Below are positions 43,483-54,508 of a DNA stretch of 64,000 bases, piece by piece; within the stretch, counting starts at the first letter, position 1; each line of letters opens with the position of its first letter. Under the pieces are notes generated by a model. It did not search any database. It worked only from the letters and a program-made list of their open reading frames with translations, and was not told where the DNA came from. Made by a program: the position numbers and the translations under genes. Source of the stretch: an uncultured Planctomycetota bacterium (GTDB lineage: Bacteria > Planctomycetota > Planctomycetia > Isosphaerales > Isosphaeraceae); assembly GCA_963823665.1 (NCBI GenBank), contig CAWGMQ010000005.1, positions 1,504,001 to 1,568,000 on the forward strand. The letters are read 5' to 3'.

Positions 43483-43672
43483 CTGACCGACGCGATCTTT
43501 GCCGGGCACCACCAGTCGCTGAGGGTGTGAGTCTTGGTCCTGGACTTCATGCGCTTGAACCTCTCCAACGAGCAGATCGCCAGGGAGCTCGACCTGGACC
43601 CGGATGACGCCCAGCGGATGACGACTCTGCGGGACAGGATCGTTCCGCGCAAGCCCGAGGTGAAACTCGAAA
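43483..43672 (+). mobile_element. IS1595-family transposase fragment
   Basis: IFAGHHQSLRV*VLVLDFMRLNLSNEQIARELDLDPDDAQRM..RKPEVKL, with an internal stop. Confidence 0.65.
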
Positions 43673-43761
43673 GGCGGCGAAGGTTGACGCGATGCGCCCG
43701 TCCAGCCTAGAGTGGTAGGATGTAATAATCTCGGGATCGTCCAGCCGCAGGGGGTAGCGCC

Positions 43762-44796
43762 ATGACCGCGCCGTACGAGATGAACCGCCGGGCATTCATC
43801 AAGACCACCGCCGCCGCCACTGCCACGGCGGCCGTCGCGCCGTCGGCGCGGGCCCAGGACGCGCCGGCCGACGGCCTGATCCACCGCAACGAGCGGAGCG
43901 GCATGCCCTACCGCAAGCTCGGCCGGACGAACTTCATGTGCAGCCACCTCGTTTTCGGCGGCGGGGCGGCGCTCATGGGCGGGAAGGCCGTTCGGTTGCT
44001 CGAGGCGGCGTTCGACGTGGGCGTGAACTTCTACGATCTCGGCTCCAACGCCTATTACAAGGGTAGCGAGCGCGCCTTCGCCCCCTTCCTCGCGGAGCAC
44101 CGCGGCAAGATCTGGGTCACGTCCAAAGCGCCGTTGCGTCCCATCGACGGCTACGAAGCGGGCAAGCCGTTGACCGTCGAGCAAGGCAAGTTTCTGGCCG
44201 ATCACTGGACGGGGCTGCTCAATGCGAGCCTCATCGATCTGGGCACCGACTATGTGGACGCCTACTACCTCATGGGCGTCGGCGAGCCGGAGGTCGTCCA
44301 ATGCGAGCAAATGCATGAGGCCTTCCTCAAGGCGAAACAGGCCGGGAAGGTGGGCCATTGGGGCGTGAGTAGCCATAAGCGGGCGCAGCAAGTGCTCGAG
44401 GCCATGATTGGAACGGGCTGGTACGACCTCGCCATGATCGCCATCACTCCCGCCGGGTGGTACGACTGGGATTCGAAGAGTCTCCTCAAGGGCACGCAAA
44501 CGATGGTCGAGCTTCAACCCACACTGAAGCGAGCCCGGGACTCAGGCATCGGTCTCGTCGGTATGAAGGCGGCCCGCTACTTATCGTCCCGCGGCGGTAA
44601 GGAGTTGGCGAACGCCTTCGACGGGCACTATAGCGACAAGCTTATGCAATCGGGGCTTTCGCCCTGGCAACGGTCCTACGCGTTTGTCCTCGCCCACGGC
44701 GTCGACGTGGTCAATTCAGACATGCAGAACTTCGCCCATTTCAAAGAGAACCTCACAGCCGTTCAGCGCTCGGCGGAGCTGTTCGTCAGGGCTTGA
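43762..44796 (+). CDS. Aldo/keto reductase with Tat signal, copy 2
   Basis: About a dozen substitutions in 344 aa relative to 18694-19728. Confidence 0.85.
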   Translation: MTAPYEMNRRAFIKTTAAATATAAVAPSARAQDAPADGLIHRNERSGMPYRKLGRTNFMCSHLVFGGGAALMGGKAVRLLEAAFDVGVNFYDLGSNAYYKGSERAFAPFLAEHRGKIWVTSKAPLRPIDGYEAGKPLTVEQGKFLADHWTGLLNASLIDLGTDYVDAYYLMGVGEPEVVQCEQMHEAFLKAKQAGKVGHWGVSSHKRAQQVLEAMIGTGWYDLAMIAITPAGWYDWDSKSLLKGTQTMVELQPTLKRARDSGIGLVGMKAARYLSSRGGKELANAFDGHYSDKLMQSGLSPWQRSYAFVLAHGVDVVNSDMQNFAHFKENLTAVQRSAELFVRA

Positions 44797-45763
44797 TCGA
44801 CGCCGGCCGTTTCGGGATCGTCAGTCCTTTGAGCAGGAAGGTCATGGCCTTGACGGCCGCGTCGCGGCCCTTGACCGCCGTGACGCCGGCGATGACGTCG
44901 CCGACCTGGCAGGCGGCGTCGAAGTCGCCGCCGCCCACGTCGGCGAACATGACCGACGCCCCTTCGATTTTGGCCGGTTCGGCCATGTCGCCGAATTCTT
45001 CGAGGTGGGCCTTGTACTTGGCCAGGACTTCTGCGGCGTTATCCGCTGATTTGCAGCGCACGACGAAGCCGGTGAACTTGGCCTCGCCGTCGCGGTATTG
45101 GGCCATGAACGCATTGGTCAGGAAGTCGAGCCCCAGGGCATCGACCATGAAGTATTGGACCGTATCGTCGATCCGATTCTTCGCCGGGAGCATGGCGAGA
45201 CCCCATAGCTGCGCCGCTTCGCCTTTGAGGCGATTCGCCAGAGTATCGGCCAAGGCCGATACCGCTTTCTGGACCTCCTCGTCGCGTCCCGATGTCAGGA
45301 TCGACGCGTAGTATTGGCCCTTCCGGAAGAATAAATCCGCCCCGGTGCGGTGGCCGCCGTCGCCGGTTGCGATGGCCTTGCTGCCAGAAGAGCGCTCGAC
45401 CGAATAGACGCCGAAGGCGCCGAGGGGGGTGGTCATGTCGTAGAGGAAGACGTCGATGAATTTGGCTGGGTCGTCCGCTTTGGAGAAGGTGACGAAGGTC
45501 ATGCCCGTCACGTCGTAGGATTGAAACAGTTCGGACCGGCCGTTGATCTTCTCGTACAAGTTGGCTTCGGTGTAGCGTTCAACAAGGCTCTTTTTCGTGA
45601 AGCCTTCGGGCGTGAGACCCTCGAGTGCCCGGGCGATGGTTTCCGTCTTCGCCTTCATTTCGGGCGTGATCCGGGCGGGGGCGTCTTTGACAGAGCCGAC
45701 GGGGTCTTGGGCGGCGACGAAGACGGGGAATACAAACGGGATCGCGGCCAGCAATCCTCTCAT
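44786..45763 (-). CDS. Exported protein, DUF6599-like, copy 2
   Basis: Same length as, and near-identical to, 19718-20695. Confidence 0.7.
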   Translation of the reverse strand: MRGLLAAIPFVFPVFVAAQDPVGSVKDAPARITPEMKAKTETIARALEGLTPEGFTKKSLVERYTEANLYEKINGRSELFQSYDVTGMTFVTFSKADDPAKFIDVFLYDMTTPLGAFGVYSVERSSGSKAIATGDGGHRTGADLFFRKGQYYASILTSGRDEEVQKAVSALADTLANRLKGEAAQLWGLAMLPAKNRIDDTVQYFMVDALGLDFLTNAFMAQYRDGEAKFTGFVVRCKSADNAAEVLAKYKAHLEEFGDMAEPAKIEGASVMFADVGGGDFDAACQVGDVIAGVTAVKGRDAAVKAMTFLLKGLTIPKRPASIKP

Positions 45764-47316
45764 GGGATGCTCCTTTTTCGGGGCTGTTTTTACGGTATGG
45801 GATCGACGCCGCGAAAAGCAAGACCTTTGGAGAAAGCGTCGTCAGGTTAGTCCCTGCGGGCGGTTCGAACTGTCGAGGGCGGACAGCAATCCCTAGCGGG
45901 CCGGAAGCCCCACAACGCTTAGCAGTTCCTGCAAATTGAACATGCGCGTTGGCTCTCGATTCGCGGGCCGCGATCGCGTCGATCGTTGGATCTGATGCGA
46001 TCGGAATAAAAATCAAAGGTTTTCTGGTCGATGAAATGGCCGAATCGCGAAAGTCGGCCCATAATAGATGTAGCTCAGTCTCGATCGCCGACACTGGAGT
46101 CGGGGGGCGAGCCACCCACCTCTCTGGAACCGGGAATGACTGCTTCGTATGCTCGAGCGCGTGCTCGAGGATCTCAGCTCGACGTGACCACGCCTGTGCC
46201 GTGGGAAAATCGGGGCCGGAATGCCCTTCTAGAGGGGGGTCGGCGCACGACGAGATTCCGCCGAATTCTGGGCTGTGTCGTGTGTGAGACGGGGCTCGAC
46301 CACGTTGAGGCTGAGTTTCATCCGTTGAGCTCAGGGATCACGGACGGCACTCGTGGCGTTATCCTCTTTGGATCTCAGGATTTCCGTGCTGCTTCCGGGC
46401 GTTCCGGCCAGTCATCGGACGGGGTTCAAGACGGCGAGCGAGGTGAGACTTTTTCAGGGTGAATCGTCTCATTTCGTCTCATTTTGTCCCATTCGTTTTT
46501 ACTTATTTGGAGCGTGCGAAGCGTGGCTAGACTGTCGGGTGACATGGCGGGGGACGTCGAACCACGAATCTTACGAATCTCACGAATGAGGGAAGAGCTT
46601 CGCCCTTTTGGGGTCGGATTCGGCGCTGCAGTTCAGGTCCGGCTACTGCAGAAACGCCAATCCGTTGAGTCGCAAAATGTGACGAACGAACCCAACTCAG
46701 CTCAGGTGGCTGGAAATGCGTAACCTGGAATTGGAGTGAAGGTTGGATCACGAAAACACCCATGAACGGTGACTTGACAACGTGGCTGAATTGCACGAAC
46801 GAACCCAAAGCGCGTGAACTCAATGGTCAGGGCAGCGGCGTTGCGCAGCGTTCATTGTTCGCTTGGAATAATGTTCCCTCGACGACCGATCGGATGACGG
46901 AGCACGCGTTTTGATTCGACCGCGTGTTCACAATTAACAAAGAAATCGCGCAAAGCCGTAGGTCCTGACGTTGCAGCCGTATCGATTGAGGGATTGCAGT
47001 TTTTTTGGACGCTTTTATTGCCGATCGCTGAAACCCGTCGCATATTATACTTAGTGCAGAGTCTGCGAACGCGCGATGCTCGCGCGATGGGCGGCTCCCC
47101 TTTGCTTTCCTACCCTTCTCGTCGATCTCCACTCATTCTTTCTGAGCACAGTGGTGAAATTCACGCATTGAGTGCAATGCAATGCACACTACCGCAATGG
47201 ACAAAGAGGCTGAGACCAGAACCGAAACCCGGGCAGACTTGGCCGTTGCGCGAGGCGACTCCGGCGTGGTTCAACGGACGCGACGCTAAGGTAACACCAT
47301 TAATGGGCGGCAGTAC

Positions 47317-47379
47317 GTAGGGTGGGTGCAGCCCACCGGTCGTAATACGATATGGGATGGTGGGTTACACCCACCCTAC
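47317..47379. repeat. Inverted REP doublet (GTAG-type)
   Basis: GTAGGGTGGGTGCAGCCCACC...GGTGGGTTACACCCACCCTAC. Confidence 0.8.
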
Positions 47380-47870
47380 GAAGGGGCCGTGGCGGCTTTG
47401 CCGAGTCGTCAGTCGAGAGCAGAATTCGCTCCCCCGGACACTGAACTGGGAAGAAGGCGAGGATTTTCAATTTTTTGGTATCACTTTGGTATCATTTTGA
47501 TCCAGGGGGGAAAAAGCTGTGGGATCGACCCAAGCCGTTTTTGCATTTGCACTTGCGGAGTGCCGCGGACCTGAATTCGGGGGGGGCGCGCTTCGCAAGC
47601 CGCGACTTGGCGATTCTGGTCAAAGCGACGTGCTCTCGCGGGCAGGGTTTCGGCTTCGAATTCGGCCTGTGGCTCGCAACCTTGACCGAGCGAGTGCGTT
47701 CCCGTAGTCCTTGTGGCGTAAGGACGCGCGACGAATGTACAAAACGAACTGCCTTGTCAGTGGTCAGTTGTCGGCGGAGCGGGCGGGACTAGTGGGACCA
47801 GGAGTACGGGTATGAGCAGGAGCAGGAGCAGGAGTGGTGTCGTCGATCGACTCTCAGTAGGCGGACGCCG

Positions 47871-48020
47871 GGCCGGACCCCCCCTGGCCCCTCCCTTTTT
47901 AAGGGGGGGAAACTTGGCGGAACACTCGCTTTTGTGATGGCGGCCGCCGGGACGGCCCCCCCTGGCCCCCCTTCTTAAGGGGGGGAAACTTGGCGGAACA
48001 TTCGCGGCGGGAAATCTCCG
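47871..48020. repeat. Two tandem GC hairpin repeats
   Basis: CCCCCCCTGGCCCC..TAAGGGGGGGAAACTTGGCGGAACA x2; same family as 24959-25050. Confidence 0.85.
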
Positions 48021-48049
48021 CTCCTTATCCTGCCGGTTCAGGAGGTCTG

Positions 48050-48415
48050 ATGCCGCGATTTGTCTTGCTTGAGCACAGTTGGAATGGAGTGCACTGGGAC
48101 TTGATGCTCGAGTCTGGGGACTCGTTGCGCACCTGGGCTATCGACGAGCCGATTGTTTCAGGACGGGATCTCGCGGCACGGGCGCTGGGGGACCATCGCA
48201 AGATCTATCTTGAATATGAAGGGGAGGTTGGAGGCAATCGAGGATGGGTGAAGCGGGTTGAGGCGGGAACTTACCGTGTGCTCGAATGGTCGGACGATCA
48301 TGTGCGGGTCGAACTGAGCGGGTCTCAACTGGTCGGCGAGGTCGATCTGCGGAGATCGGCGGAGGGCTCGGGTGCGAGCGGCTCGTGGGTCTTACGCGCT
48401 GGGAATTTCGACTGA
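48050..48415 (+). CDS. LigD-type 3'-phosphoesterase (ligase N-terminal) domain protein
   Basis: RFVLLEH..HWDLMLE..LRTWA, DHRKIYLEYEG; GGAGG RBS. Confidence 0.8.
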   Translation: MPRFVLLEHSWNGVHWDLMLESGDSLRTWAIDEPIVSGRDLAARALGDHRKIYLEYEGEVGGNRGWVKRVEAGTYRVLEWSDDHVRVELSGSQLVGEVDLRRSAEGSGASGSWVLRAGNFD

Positions 48416-49121
48416 AGGACTTTCCAGGAGGGAAGCGTGGGTCGAGCGAACGCGCCTTTGGCTCGGTCGGACCGGCCGGCGAGCCGGATTTGATGGTCGC
48501 GAATTTGAAGTTCTTCGAGCTGGACGTCCTCTCGTTCGATGTGGGGCGTATAGCGCATGAGGACCACGGGATACCCTTCTTTTCGGGCCCATTCAGCGTC
48601 AATCCCATGGCAGCGTGCATACTCGATGATCCGGTCGAGGATATGGTCGGCCGGAACCGGCAGAATGCCTGCGCGGATCTTTTCGAGGGTCAGCTCGATG
48701 GTGTTTCCGCCGGGCACACGCGGGCGAGCCACGACGGTGATGACCGATTGGACGCCCCCCTGCCGCAACTGGAAGGCGAGGACGATCCGTTCGGGCTCGA
48801 AAAGCAGACGGGGCTCGTGCACCTCGGGTGGAAGCCGGTCGGCGAAGTGCATGACCAGATCTTCGGCAAGCCAGGCGTTGACCTCCTGGTCGGTGAAGAC
48901 GGCCTCCCAGCTCGGTTCGTTACAGATATCGTTGCGAAGCTGAAGGCTCTGGGCGACGAACTTCTTGGCGCGGCCGCGCGCTGTTCGCGGGAAAGGCCGA
49001 CGATTGCACGGTAATAGGAGGGCTCGTAAGTGAGGGAGAGCCAGGCACCCAGGGGGATCGAGGCGAGCACACAGAGGCCGAGTCCTGCGCGGAAGAGCCT
49101 CTTCTTCGTGGTCTTTTGCAT
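48325..49121 (-). CDS. Membrane-anchored hypothetical protein (frameshift near 48970)
   Basis: N-terminal TM plus YEPSYY in one frame, WEAVFTDQEVNAWLA..IRAGILPVP in the other. Confidence 0.65.
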
Positions 49122-49517
49122 TGGACATCCCGATCCGTGAGTGAATGGGACGCAAGGGCGGTAAACGACCAGCGCTCGGGGGCGTCGAGCCAGGTTGCGG
49201 ACCGAGGAATCCTTTAGAGAGAGGTGGCCTATCCGTACATGAAGGATACGACCATCCGCGGTTACGGTCAACCCGGGCTGGCAGCCAGGGAGCGCCGTGA
49301 TGCGGATTTTCCGCTAATCGCGCACTTCTTGACCAAATTAGCCCGTCACCCGATGCGAAGAATCAACGAAAACGCCGGATGTCCATGCGAGCATGGCCGA
49401 CTTACTTTCTACGGAGACGCGGTCGAATTCGTTCGGAGAGGTTGATACGGCCATTGTTCCGAACGGGTCAGGGCACATAGCATACATTAAACGAATTGGG
49501 GAGAAGGGGGGGGCGCC

Positions 49518-50390
49518 ATGCCATCGCGGTTCGTCTCGCTGGGGATCTTGATTTACTGGTCGATTGCCGCGTTCCTGCTGCTCACCTGGGATGTGCTGCC
49601 CGAGCTGACGCAGGGCTACGCGCCCGACTTGCGAGCGATTGCCCTGGCCGGAGACTCGAGCCGGCCGGTTCGGTGGAACATTCAAGTCGTCGACGACCTG
49701 CGACACCCGGACGTGCGCCGGACCGTCGGCGAATCGATCACGAGCTCGTCGCGGCGAGCAGACGGGTCCTTCGAGCTCAAGAATCATTCTGAACTGGACG
49801 CGGGGGATTTGTTCAGACGGACTCCGTTTGCAAGCAGACCGAGCCTGCGCGTGGGGGTCGAGAGCGTCTACCTGGTGGGCCAATCCGGTAATCTCAGCTC
49901 GTTCAGCTTGAGGGTCGTGGACAAGGGGCGGGCGGATGCCGAGATCATGACGGTGACGGGGAAGGTCAATGGGAGGAAGATGGAGATCGAATCGCACGGA
50001 TGGAGCGACATTCTCAATCGCAAACTGTCACTCGCGTACGAGCCGCGGAGCGTGGTCCACGACGTGCTGGGACCGCAAGACAGGCTGCCCGGACTGCACG
50101 TGGGCCAACGGTGGGAATCGAAGGGAATCAACATGATATCCGGTCAGGTCGAATCGGTTCGAGTCGATGTGGTTCGACGGGCACTCATTAACTGGGAAGG
50201 CAATCCAGTCACGACGTTCGAGGTTGTTCACCGCACGTCTCCCTTTTCGATGAAGACGTGGGTGCGCACCGACGGACTGATCTTGCGGCAAGAGGTGCCA
50301 TTCTGGTTCGTGACGCTGGTGCTGGAGCGGCGAGCTGAGTCGGACGGCAGTCTTCCGACGAGCCCCAAGCCGGGAATCGCAGGCAAATGA
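49518..50390 (+). CDS. Hypothetical membrane-anchored protein, first gene of an ABC operon
   Basis: N-terminal TM; ATGA overlap with the ATPase gene. Confidence 0.75.
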   Translation: MPSRFVSLGILIYWSIAAFLLLTWDVLPELTQGYAPDLRAIALAGDSSRPVRWNIQVVDDLRHPDVRRTVGESITSSSRRADGSFELKNHSELDAGDLFRRTPFASRPSLRVGVESVYLVGQSGNLSSFSLRVVDKGRADAEIMTVTGKVNGRKMEIESHGWSDILNRKLSLAYEPRSVVHDVLGPQDRLPGLHVGQRWESKGINMISGQVESVRVDVVRRALINWEGNPVTTFEVVHRTSPFSMKTWVRTDGLILRQEVPFWFVTLVLERRAESDGSLPTSPKPGIAGK

Positions 50391-51154
50391 TCGAACTATG
50401 CGGCGTGACCAAGCGGTTCGGTACCAAGTGCGCGGTTGATGACCTCGACCTCGAGGTCCGGCCGGGCGAGCTATTCGCGTTTCTGGGCCCGAACGGGGCG
50501 GGCAAAACGACGACGATCAAGATGATCTGCGGGCTGCTCTCGCCCAACAGCGGGACGGTGCGGGTGGGGGGCTACGACTCATCGAGCCAGCAGGCGCGGC
50601 AACTGCTGGGGTATGTTCCCGACCAGCCCTATCTCTACGACAAGCTGACGGGGCGGGAATTCCTGAAATTCGTGGTCGACATGTACGGGCTGGACCGGCA
50701 AGAGTCGGCCCGGCGGATTGAAGAGCTTGTCGAAACCTTCGAGATGAGCGACTACGCCGATGAGCTGTGCGAGACCTACTCGCAGGGTATGAAGCAGCGA
50801 GTGGTGTTTGCTTCCGCACTGGTGCACGAGCCGAAGGTGCTGGTCGTGGACGAGCCGCTGGTGGGTCTTGACCCGCGGAGCGCGCGGATTGTCAAGGACC
50901 TGTTCATCGCGCAGGCCCGTTCGGGCTGTACAGTCTTGATGTCGACCCACCTGCTGGCGATTGCGGAAGAGCTGGCGGACCGAATCGGCATTGTCGATCG
51001 GGGAAGGATGCTGGCCGTGGGCACGCTCGAGGAGCTTCGCATGCAGGTGCAGCACCGCGGGCCGCTCGAAGAGTTGTTCTTGAAGCTCACGGGAGACAAC
51101 CGCGTCCAAGAAACCGGGGCGATCTCCAACGACCTAGCCAGAAGAGTGCCATGA
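50387..51154 (+). CDS. ABC transporter ATP-binding protein
   Basis: GPNGAGKTT, YSQGMKQR, LVVDEP. Confidence 0.95.
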   Translation: MIELCGVTKRFGTKCAVDDLDLEVRPGELFAFLGPNGAGKTTTIKMICGLLSPNSGTVRVGGYDSSSQQARQLLGYVPDQPYLYDKLTGREFLKFVVDMYGLDRQESARRIEELVETFEMSDYADELCETYSQGMKQRVVFASALVHEPKVLVVDEPLVGLDPRSARIVKDLFIAQARSGCTVLMSTHLLAIAEELADRIGIVDRGRMLAVGTLEELRMQVQHRGPLEELFLKLTGDNRVQETGAISNDLARRVP

Positions 51155-52905
51155 GCCTTGCCGTCACCAACCCACAGGGGGTAGCAACGACGCCGGTCAC
51201 CGCGATGCAAACGGCCCGCGCGCTGCGCTGGCTGCGCTGGCGCTTGACGCGAAATACCATTGCCTCGCTGCTTTCCGGCTCGAGGCTGCGGTTGTCGATG
51301 GTCCTCATTTGCAGCCTGATATTCTGGCTCGGGCTCTTCGCGCTTTTTCTGGGCGGTTTTGAGTACATCGGGCTGTCGGACGAGCTGTTCCGGACGATGT
51401 TCGAGTACCTGTTCAGCATGTTCTTCCTGTCGATCTCGATCATGCTGTTCTTCTCGACGGGCATCATCACGTACACGGGGCTCTTCCATTCGCGGGAAGG
51501 GGCGTTTCTGCTTTCGACGCCGGCCACGACCGATCGGATCTTCGCCTACAAGTTCGCTGAATCGGTGGCCATCTCAAGCTGGGGCTTCTTTCTGCTGGGG
51601 TCGCCGCTGATGGCAGCTTACGGGCTAACGACCGAAGCGCCGGCCGCCTTTTACGCGATGTTCGTGATTTACCTGCTGATGTTCGTGCTGATTGCGGGGA
51701 GCTTGGGCGCGATCGTCGCGATCGTGGTGGCCAACGTTTTTCCCAAGCGACAGAAGGGAGTGCTCGCCGCCGGCATCATCACGATTCTGGCGCTCTTCGT
51801 CGCGCTGGCGGTTCGCCTCTGGCGCACGCCCGGGGACACGCTGACGGGCGACTGGCTGGGCAACATTCAGAACCGGCTGGCCTTCTGCCAGAACCCGCTC
51901 TGGCCGAGCCGGTGGATGTCGGCCGGGCTGCTGGCCTCGGCGCGCGGTGAATGGTCGCGGTCGGGCTATTACCTCATGGTGCTGTCGGCGCATGCGGCGC
52001 TTGCGTACCTGGCAGCGGCGGCGGTGGCGCGCGACCTCTACTTCCGGGGGTACTGCCGGGCGCAGGGAATCCGCAGCAGCCGGCGGCGAAAGTGGTTTCA
52101 CGCGGTCGACGAGGTTTTCCACCGCCTGTTCTTCTTCGTTCCCCGGCCGATTCGCTTGCTGCTGCTCAAAGACCTTCGCACCTTCTGCCGCGACCCGGCG
52201 CAATGGTCTCAGTTCCTCATCTTCTTCGGGCTGCTGGCGTTCTATTTCCTGAATATTCCGCGGCTCGGGTACGGCGTTCAGAGCCCCACGTGGCGGAACA
52301 TGGTCAGCTTCTTGAACCTGTCGGTGACGGCGCTCATCCTCTCGACGTTCACCAGCCGGTTCATCTTCCCGCTGCTCTCGCTCGAAGGCCGGAATTTCTG
52401 GGTCCTGGGCCTGCTTCCGCTCGGGCGAAAGCAAATCCTCTGGGGCAAGTTTGCTTTCTCGGTCGGGATCTCGATCCTGGCGACGGAGGGGCTGGTGTTC
52501 CTGTCCGACGTCATGCTCGGGATGGGCCCGGTGATGATCGCGCTGCACCTTGCGATGGTGGCCGTGCTGTGCGCGGGTCTCTCGGGGATCAGCGTGGGGC
52601 TCGGCGCGCGACTGCCCAACCTGCGCGAGACTGACCCTTCCAAGATTGCCGTCGGCTTCGGCGGCACTCTCAACCTGCTGGTGAGCCTGGTTTACATATT
52701 CGCCATCGTCACGGCGATGGCGATTCCGTGCCATCTTTATTTCCTGAGCGTCGAGTATCCGAGCGCGACCACTCTTGCACTCTCGCACGGCGGGCTTCGA
52801 GCGGGGCTCTCGATCGCGGTGATCATCAGCCTGGTCATCAGCGTTCTGGGAACGATTGTTCCCCTACGAATCGGAATCAAGGCGTTCGAGCGCATGGAAT
52901 TCTGA
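51151..52905 (+). CDS. ABC transporter permease
   Basis: Many TM helices, KDLRTFCRDPAQW, SLEGRNFW; coupled to the ATPase gene. Confidence 0.88.
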   Translation: MSLAVTNPQGVATTPVTAMQTARALRWLRWRLTRNTIASLLSGSRLRLSMVLICSLIFWLGLFALFLGGFEYIGLSDELFRTMFEYLFSMFFLSISIMLFFSTGIITYTGLFHSREGAFLLSTPATTDRIFAYKFAESVAISSWGFFLLGSPLMAAYGLTTEAPAAFYAMFVIYLLMFVLIAGSLGAIVAIVVANVFPKRQKGVLAAGIITILALFVALAVRLWRTPGDTLTGDWLGNIQNRLAFCQNPLWPSRWMSAGLLASARGEWSRSGYYLMVLSAHAALAYLAAAAVARDLYFRGYCRAQGIRSSRRRKWFHAVDEVFHRLFFFVPRPIRLLLLKDLRTFCRDPAQWSQFLIFFGLLAFYFLNIPRLGYGVQSPTWRNMVSFLNLSVTALILSTFTSRFIFPLLSLEGRNFWVLGLLPLGRKQILWGKFAFSVGISILATEGLVFLSDVMLGMGPVMIALHLAMVAVLCAGLSGISVGLGARLPNLRETDPSKIAVGFGGTLNLLVSLVYIFAIVTAMAIPCHLYFLSVEYPSATTLALSHGGLRAGLSIAVIISLVISVLGTIVPLRIGIKAFERMEF

Positions 52906-54087
52906 CGATGACGCAATCCAGGCGATCAGCCGGCGATTGGGCGAGCTGAAGGCAAACTCGCCGAGGCGCTCGGGCTCGACCCAGCGGGCGCTCAGGAATC
53001 CGAGGCCGGGTCTGACTTCGCCGGAGGAGGCACGGGCCAGGTGGACGATCAGCTTCACCCGGTGCTTGGTGACGCTGTAGGAGATGGTTTTGCTGGGCGG
53101 AGAGATCCGGGAGGTGAGCGATGTCATGAGCTTGATGGGTTCCTGAAGATCACCGGGAGAGCCCACCGGCCTGCCGGCTGGATTCACTCCTTCGAGGTGC
53201 ACCGTGGGGAATTCCCAGAAGCGCTCCCAGAGTCCGCCGGGTGCTCGTTGGAGGATCAAGACGCGGCCGTCGCGTACCAGAATGACCGCGGCCTCGGTGA
53301 CCTGGAGCGGGGGGGCCTTCGGGGTCGACACCGGCAGTTTATCTTGGAGGCCGAGGCGCCGTGCCTGGCAGAGCGGCGACAACGGGCAAACCAGGCAGCC
53401 CGGCTCACGCGGCGTGCAGACCAAAGCTCCCAGATCCATGAGCGCCTGGTTGAACGCACCGGGACTTTCAGGCGGCACCAGGCGCGCGGCAGCCTGCCAG
53501 AGCCGATCTTTTGTGGAGGCGACCTTGATATCCTCACGAATGGCGAGCAGACGCGCCAAGACGCGCTGGCTGTTTGCTTCGACGATGGGCTCCGGCCGAT
53601 CCATTGCAAAGGAGAGGATTGCGCCGGCGATGTAGCGGCCGACGCCCGGCAGAGCCCGGATCGCCGCCGGGTCGTCCGGCATCACGCCTCTATGGTCGCG
53701 CACGATTGTGCGCGCGGCCGCATGGAGCTGCCGTGCGCGGCGGTAATAGCCCAGGCCCTCCCACGCCTTGATCACTTCGGCTTCATCGGCGCGGGCTAGC
53801 GCGGCCGCGTCGGGAAAGCGGGTCACAAATCGCTCGAAAAAAGGAATCACGGCGGCGACTGTGGTCTGAACCAGCATCATCTCCGAGACGAGGATGCGAT
53901 ACGCATCCCGGGTTGCCCGCCACGGCAGGTTCCGCCCGGAATCGCCGTACCAAACGACGAGCCTTTGGCGCACGGCCGCGACCCAGTCGGAATCGCCAAC
54001 CGGAAAGGCTTCGCCACGATCGAGCGCTGGCCCGCGCTCTCGCCGCTGCCCGGTGTTTTCCACGTTTTTCGATCCGTTGCGCCGCAC
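52864..54087 (-). CDS. mutY: A/G-specific adenine glycosylase (start approximate)
   Basis: RNLPWR, VSEMMLVQT, WEGLGYYRRAR, LPGVGRY, Cx6Cx2Cx5C Fe-S motif and NUDIX-like C-terminus. Confidence 0.93.
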   Translation of the reverse strand: MRRNGSKNVENTGQRRERGPALDRGEAFPVGDSDWVAAVRQRLVVWYGDSGRNLPWRATRDAYRILVSEMMLVQTTVAAVIPFFERFVTRFPDAAALARADEAEVIKAWEGLGYYRRARQLHAAARTIVRDHRGVMPDDPAAIRALPGVGRYIAGAILSFAMDRPEPIVEANSQRVLARLLAIREDIKVASTKDRLWQAAARLVPPESPGAFNQALMDLGALVCTPREPGCLVCPLSPLCQARRLGLQDKLPVSTPKAPPLQVTEAAVILVRDGRVLILQRAPGGLWERFWEFPTVHLEGVNPAGRPVGSPGDLQEPIKLMTSLTSRISPPSKTISYSVTKHRVKLIVHLARASSGEVRPGLGFLSARWVEPERLGEFAFSSPNRRLIAWIASSSEFHALERLDSDS

Positions 54088-54508
54088 AAATCACATCCCT
54101 TTCTCACAAAACAATAACCCGTATTCAAGGCAGTCATATTCGTATACACAATATCATCTGCGTGCGACAGCGCATTGAATCCTTGTCGCGGGATAATTTC
54201 TGTCAAGACCTGCTTAAGAAAACCCGAATAAGTATTCTACTCGCGCGATTCGATTGACGATACGGGATATACGAAAGGTGTATTTGGGCGTTGACTGAAC
54301 CTGCGGGACAAGGCCCGGCGGCGGGGTGTCGTTGATTCTTTCGTGGTGAAGAGGCGGTGTCCAGACCGTGCCGCGCGGTGGTGGGGCGCATCCGCGCTTG
54401 CTGTGCGGGCGGAGCGTTTTCCGGATCGCGAGCTTGGGATGAACGGATCGGGCTGGAGGACGAGGAAGCTTCTATCTGCAACCGAACGGTTGATCGCAGA
54501 GGTCAAGA

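Noticed and set aside
43297..44517. 406-aa minus-strand ORF
   Set aside because: Chimera of antisense AKR/IS sequence and the umuC remnant.
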